A DNA stretch of 64,000 nt from the human T2T-CHM13v2.0 reference genome, Homo sapiens: NCBI RefSeq assembly GCF_009914755.1, contig NC_060947.1, one strand, 5' to 3'. The position numbers and the translations under genes are program-made. Positions 58,295 to 64,000 of the stretch are shown here, piece after piece. A model generated the notes under the pieces. That model saw nothing but the letters and a program-made list of their open reading frames with translations. It was not told the DNA's origin and searched no databases. Within the stretch, counting starts at the first letter, position 1; each line of letters starts with the position of its first letter.

Positions 58295-58769
58295 CTAATT
58301 TAAGTTTAATTAAGACTGTGTCCCTGACATGTTCTTTAATGCTATAGACTACTTTTTTGTGCCCATTCTGTAACATGCATTTGGTGAATCTATAGAGACG
58401 AGACTCATCTACGTGTTCAGTTCTTAACTGAAGGCAATCTGACATTTTTTAAATACATTGATTATAAAGTGGTAAGCCATAATGATGTTTGAAATGTGAG
58501 CTATAAGTAAAACTAATGCTATGAAGGGGTTTGCTGATCTTTAATTTAAATCCAGTCAGAAGTGCAAATGATCACCCAGAAGTTTTACTGAAAGGGATGC
58601 TAATACTGATTCTATAGATTCTATCGAACCATAGAAAGTTAATTCTACTCATGTGGACCATCATTCTTGGCAATTACAAAACAGTTTTAAATAATCTCCA
58701 GTACAGGCTGCTTTACTGAAGACCAACCCTGACTTCAGCAATTATCTAGCCTAAAATTGGATAGTGGGT

Positions 58770-59005
58770 CAGCAAAGCATTATGGCTAAAGGGAGCTTGA
58801 GATGAACCTAGGTTGGAATCCAAGCATTATTGTTTACTAGCTGTGTAGCCTTCTGTGAGTTATTTAATCTTCATGATTTTCTGTTTTTTTTTTCTTTGTA
58901 AAGTGAGGATGATTATAGAACTTGTGGTTATGAAGGGAAGTAAGATAATGCAAGTAAAGTGTTTGGCATGGTGCTGGGCGCATAGTAAACACTCAATAAA
59001 TTGTA
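58770..59005 (+). mobile_element. MIR
   Basis: tttactagctgtgtagcctt...tgtaaagtgaggatg...catagtaaacactcaataaat. Confidence 0.85.
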
Positions 59006-60199
59006 TCTATTATAGAGAAATCCCCCTAAATATCTTCAGATGAGCTTTTATTATTTTGTTATTGTATAGTTTGGTCACACTAAGGCCTTATAAACTTTTT
59101 GAAGTACCTCTTATTAAAATGATATTATGAAGCACCAATAACATGTAAATAAGGTTGGCTGTTGAAGATAATACACATTATATACTGTGCACTCAAAAAG
59201 CCTAGGAATTATTTACATTGAACAAATATGTAATTTGAACTTGCTGGAACAATTCTAGCTTTAATGAGTACTTGAGCAGCTTCTAAAAAAGCATAATTTC
59301 CACTTTTTATTAAAAATTAAAATGTTTCATTCATCTTTTAATTGAAAGGGAGGTTGAAACAGACATGGTAACAGAGTAAAACTGGTAATTAAATAATAAC
59401 CACTTTAATATTCAATGCAGTAAAACTTTGAAGGTGGGAGAAAGAAGCACAAAGGAAAAAATCTCATAGAAAAAAACATGAGTGTCCAAGGCCAGGCTCT
59501 GCCATTTCACTTAAAATAGCTTGCCAAAAGTTGTAAGAGGAGAGAGAGTTACTTGCAACATATTGGCAATGGTAGCCAGTTGTTCCTGGTACATGAAAGA
59601 AGTGATTATCACAGATGTAAATAAAATGAGGAAGGTTATATGAATATATATATTTTTCTCACATCAAAGAACAGTATGGCCCCATTACAGAGAAAAGGTA
59701 TATTGATTTTATGTTAGAATTATCTGCAACTGAATTTTTTCAGCTTATATTTAAATGTGTAGTTTTGTATTTGGAAAATTCAACTAAGGAAGAACAAAAT
59801 GGAATCACACACAAACGAAGTTATTCCTACTCCATTATCATGGAATCTAGAGTTTAAACATTCTGGATTCAACTGCACATACAGCTATTAAATAACAAAC
59901 TCATTATTGAATGATATGTTAATCTCAGGAGAGAGTAAGACATTCAGTTTACTGCTGTCTTTTGTAGAGGATATTCATGTGGAGAATACCCAAAGTATTT
60001 TGATATGGGTCATTCTGCTTAATTTTGGGAAGTATTTTTAACCTACCATCTCTGCCCCACAGTAGTCTGTTTACAGGACATGAAATCTACATGGGCCTTG
60101 TCACAATCGAATGTACTTGTCATTTTTCATCATCCCTCCTTCCTTTCTGGAACCACAATTCTTATTCCATGTTTTTCCCCTTCCTATTTTTCATGGAAG

Positions 60200-60372
60200 C
60201 ATAGAATCTTAAAACTGTAAAGTCATTAAAGTTCATTAGATACAACCCCACCATTTTACAAATAGGAAAAATAAAGAAAGGTAAAGCTACTTAACTCAAG
60301 ATCACAAGGTGAGTTGAAGGCAGAGCCAGGCTTGAACCCACATATCCCAACATAAGTGTTCTTTTGTCATAC
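60200..60372 (-). mobile_element. MIR3/MIRc
   Basis: cattttacaaataggaaaa...ggcagagccaggcttgaaccc. Confidence 0.75.
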
Positions 60373-60449
60373 TGTTAACCATGTATAGTTTGAGTCTTCC
60401 AGTATCACTTGATGATAATATGAAGGCTTTAAGTGCTTTTGTTAGTTTT

Positions 60450-60850
60450 TTATTCATTCATCTGGGCACTCAACAAATATATTAATTTCCTACTATATGC
60501 TAATGAGGGGAAGAGAGGTTACATAATGAGTCAAAGCCTATATTAAGCATGGTTCCCTTCTGCCAGGTTGTATACAATCTAGTGAGGAAAGTGAACATTA
60601 AGCAAGTTATACATACACTTAATATCAAATTAACCCTGCAGAAGATCCTAAGAAGATCACTGTGCTATAAACTGTGTGAGAGAATAGAATTTAACCTATG
60701 GGGTATGTGTATAAGGAGTAAGGTATGGGTTCCCTGGGGATGAACTGAGATTTAGCCGAGAGCAAATAGCTAAGTATGAGTAAAATAGGTGAAAAGCAGT
60801 GGGAGGTGAATAACATTCCAAGCAGCAAGCAGCATGTGTGATGGACCAGC
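60450..60850 (-). mobile_element. L2 fragment
   Basis: attcattcat...caacaaatat; tacaatctagtgagg; aacattccaagcag. Confidence 0.6.
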
Positions 60851-61190
60851 AGCAGAAAGGAGAAGAGGTGACTGAGAGACAGCTGCTGTGTCCACAGAAG
60901 CTGGGGGGGAGAGAGAGAAGTATTGTACACTCCTAACTGCAGGATTAGAAAGAACTAATCATTTAGGGCGAGTGGGCAGATGCTAGCTTCTTGAAAACAT
61001 GAGATAAATGCCAGTCTTCACTGATCCGTGATAGACGATTCTTTTTAAAGTAAGTACCAATCATTTAAAAGGTATGACAAAAATGTGAGGAGTGATGAAA
61101 TGAAGAAATATCAGTAATGAAAAAAGAATTAAAGAAGCATAAAACAAATTGAAAAGCTTACGAGTTCCATCCATTTAAAAATACAGTTAG

Positions 61191-61428
61191 GGCCGGGGGT
61201 GGTGGCTCACTGCCTGTAATCCTAGCACTTTGGGAAGCCAAGTCAGGCAGATTGCCTGAGCTCAGGCGTTCGAGACCAGCCTGGGCAACATGGTGAAACC
61301 CCATCTCTACTAAAATACAAAAGAAATTAGCCGGATGTGGCAGCATGCGCCTGTAGTCCCAGCTACTCGGGAGATTGAGACGGGAGAATTGGTTGAACCC
61401 AGGAGGCAGAGGTTGCAGTGAGTGGATC
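61191..61428 (+). mobile_element. 3'-truncated (tailless) AluS
   Basis: Stops at gcagtgagtggatc; flanked by aatacagtta / aatacagtca. Confidence 0.92.
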
Positions 61429-62085
61429 AATACAGTCAATTCAGAAATATTTGAGTACTTTAATAACTAGTAATTATTACCAAATAGCTCTAATAAGCGC
61501 TGTTCTGTACAAGGCGGAAAGCAAAATGACTACCTAAGTAGCATTCTTGATAGAATGGGGTAGGAAAGATAATGTGCAATTTGGGGGAGGGAGTATCATA
61601 GCATAAAAGCTGTCTTCTGCTTACAGAAGCTGTGTACGTAGTTCTCTGTTTTTATGAGCATGATGATACCTTATTACGTGCTAGTTTAATCTAAGCCAGT
61701 GATAAACTTAGACCAGCTGTAATAGAGAAGACATTGAGAAAACTTCAAAAGAAAGTATGAGCTCAATAAAGAAAAAAGTGCAGAGAATAGAATGCCTGGC
61801 TGGAACTGCCCCAACATTTTAACGGGTGATTATTTTTAAGTTAAGAAATTTAAAATTTTATTCTGTCCTTATATTCCTACATTTTTATGTAATCATGTTT
61901 TTAACATAACTTTCATATCTTATTACTGCAAAGTTTTTCATATTAGAAGAAAATGTAGAGAAGCAAAAAAGAAAAAATAACCCAGAGAAAACTACTGTTA
62001 ATATTTAATGTATTTCCTTCTGGTTAAATTTTTTATCTATTTATATGCCCATATTTTAGTAAAAATGGTACAATAATATCAATAA

Positions 62086-62200
62086 TATACTTTCTATTTT
62101 TAACCCCTGTTCATTTAATATATTATAAATATACTATTTTTTATATTATAAATATACTTTCTATTTTTTAACCCCTGTTCATTTAATATATTATAAATAT
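62086..62200. repeat. About 47-bp direct duplication in an old L1-like AT-rich segment
   Basis: atatactttctattttt(t)aacccctgttcatttaatatattataaatat present twice. Confidence 0.9.
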
Positions 62201-62285
62201 CTTTCTGTGTCATTACTTTTCTACTCATTCATCTTAACAATTGTACATTATCCATTGTATGTGCATGGCTTCACCCCTAACCACC

Positions 62286-62611
62286 TTTTCTTCTTTTTTC
62301 TTTTCTTTTTTTTTTTTTTTTTTTTTTTTATTGAGATAGGATCTCGTTCTATCACCCAGGCTAGAATGTAGTAATGGGATCATAGCTCACTGCAGCCTCG
62401 AGTTCCTGGGCTCAAGCGATTACCTCTTCTTCAGCCTCCCTATAGGCATGTGCTACCATGATCAGCGAATTGCTAAATTTTTGTTGCTGTTGTTAGGGAT
62501 GATGTCTCACTATGTTGCCCAAGTTGGACTTGAACTGCTGACCTCAAGCAGTCCTCCCACCTCAGCATCCCAAAGTGGTGAGGTTATAGGCATAAGCAAC
62601 CCTACTTGGCC
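62286..62611 (-). mobile_element. AluJ
   Basis: gatcatagctcactgcagcctcgagttcctgggctcaagcgat. Confidence 0.92.
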
Positions 62612-63514
62612 TCAAATTCTTTTCTTAACAAGAAAAATAATTTAAACGGCATTGGAATTGCATATATAAATGCTTGCAAAATAAGTTTTTTTCATGACAT
62701 TTGTATATTTTGTCTCCTTCTCATGCCTTTCTCTACAGATGTACATACTCACACATACACACTTTAACAATTTGCTATCAAGTAGACTAATTGAGTGCAT
62801 CTTAAGTCCAGATCCAATGGTATACAAACTCCCAATCTGATTTATACAAGGTATTATTAAAGAGTTATTGTTGAGAAAATATATTACAGTGAAATTATTT
62901 TTTAATGGGGCTATGGTTCGCATAAAGTATGGTAGTAATATTCAAAGAAATAAGAAAAAAATTTCAAAATAGACTTCTTTAGGAATCTTATTTAATTCTG
63001 TGGTAAAGTAAATCTGACTAACATACAGTAGAATGGGAACTTCAAAGGTCTTTTCCTAGTTTTTAAAGCTTGCCAGAATTAAGTGCTGCTGATTAGTGCT
63101 AAATTGACTGGAACTGTGGTTGGGAGTGAAGATCGGGGTCATGTTAGGAGCTGAGACCAGAGAAATATATGACAGAGCTCTACACTTATTTTGTGTGCCC
63201 ATGGACAAATAATAAAAAAGAAAAGACAGAGTGGAAAGTTGTGGTTTCCTAATTGCAAATTGAGCTTCGATGCTGGGGAGAACTAATGTGATCCTGACAC
63301 CAAAAGTCATTCCAACTGACTTGATATATATACAAATAACAGTATAATTTGGATTTTTAAAATGCAGCTGCAACCTGTCCATTGAATCTGAGAACATTTT
63401 CATTTTCACTTGAAATCAAACACAACACTATATAGTCTATTGGTACACATGTCTAAAATATTTACCTTAACTACATGACTACAAAAACATCTCTTAAATA
63501 TCAAATTATAAACT

Positions 63515-63761
63515 ATTCAGTGTATGTATATATATTTATAAAGATAAATCAACTATTCAATATAGATATCTGTATACATGTATAGTATATAGATATCTAT
63601 ACTGAATAGATATCTATACGGAATAGATATCTATACAGAATAGACTGAATCTATACTTAATCTATACAGTATAAATGTATATTGAATATAGCAGTATAGA
63701 TAACTTTACTGAATAGTTGATTTATCTTTATAAAAAATATATATATATACATATACTGAAT
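63515..63761. repeat. AT-rich inverted repeat with a spacer of palindromic units
   Basis: Arms 63515-63559 and 63710-63761; spacer built of atagatatctata(c) units. Confidence 0.9.
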
Positions 63762-64000
63762 TGCTGATAGTTGATTTTTTTTACACTGATTACCTCCTAT
63801 TTTTATTTTCCTAAATTTGGTGATTAAAATAAAATTCAGACCCAGAGCTAATTCAATAAAAATTAGCTCATTTTATGTATGAACTTAGCTTAACTTCAAA
63901 GTCTTGGTCATAGTTTTGAATACATTTTCTTTTAACAACACAATTGCTTTTCATTCAAAAGGGAAAAGTACTGAAAAACAATTGATCTATCTGGAGGATT

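Noticed and set aside
58482-58537. Possible C/D-box snoRNA (atgatg...ctga)
   Set aside because: The C box is imperfect (ATGATGT) and there is no terminal stem.
59960-60042. Acceptor ttttgtag followed by EDIHVENTQSILIWVILLNFGKYF*
   Set aside because: No convincing donor site and no recognisable homology.
63056-63409. 117-aa minus-strand ORF in unique sequence
   Set aside because: No recognisable domain or supporting exon structure; an ORF of this length is plausible by chance.

Overview
This is primate (hominoid, most likely human) intergenic or intronic DNA: AT-rich and dominated by transposon fossils. I recognise no intact protein-coding gene; every ORF in the track that I can assign comes from L1, Alu, MaLR, ERV or simple repeats. 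Main content: (1) a gag-pol-deleted MER51-type provirus with a tRNA-Arg PBS and a decayed but clearly readable HERV-H/F-like env (330-3497); (2) an ~11-kb nest in which an old L1PA15/16 hosts two 5'-inverted L1s, an Alu and a full-length MST MaLR, which itself hosts Alus and an L1; (3) a palindromic 27-bp minisatellite; (4) a 5'-intact, 3'-truncated L1PA7/8; (5) a MaLR cluster; (6) a twin-primed L1PB; (7) a solo LTR12C. The most striking signal is a full-length THE1 element (34422-36676) with dense, strand-specific, non-CpG C>T changes (G>A on its sense strand), mostly in TGC/AGC (WRC) context and partly shared by both LTRs. This is consistent with cytidine-deaminase hyperediting before integration, with an AID-like rather than A3G/A3F-like motif. 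Subfamily names come from recalled consensus sequences and are approximate. Boundaries without a TSD are accurate to tens of bp.
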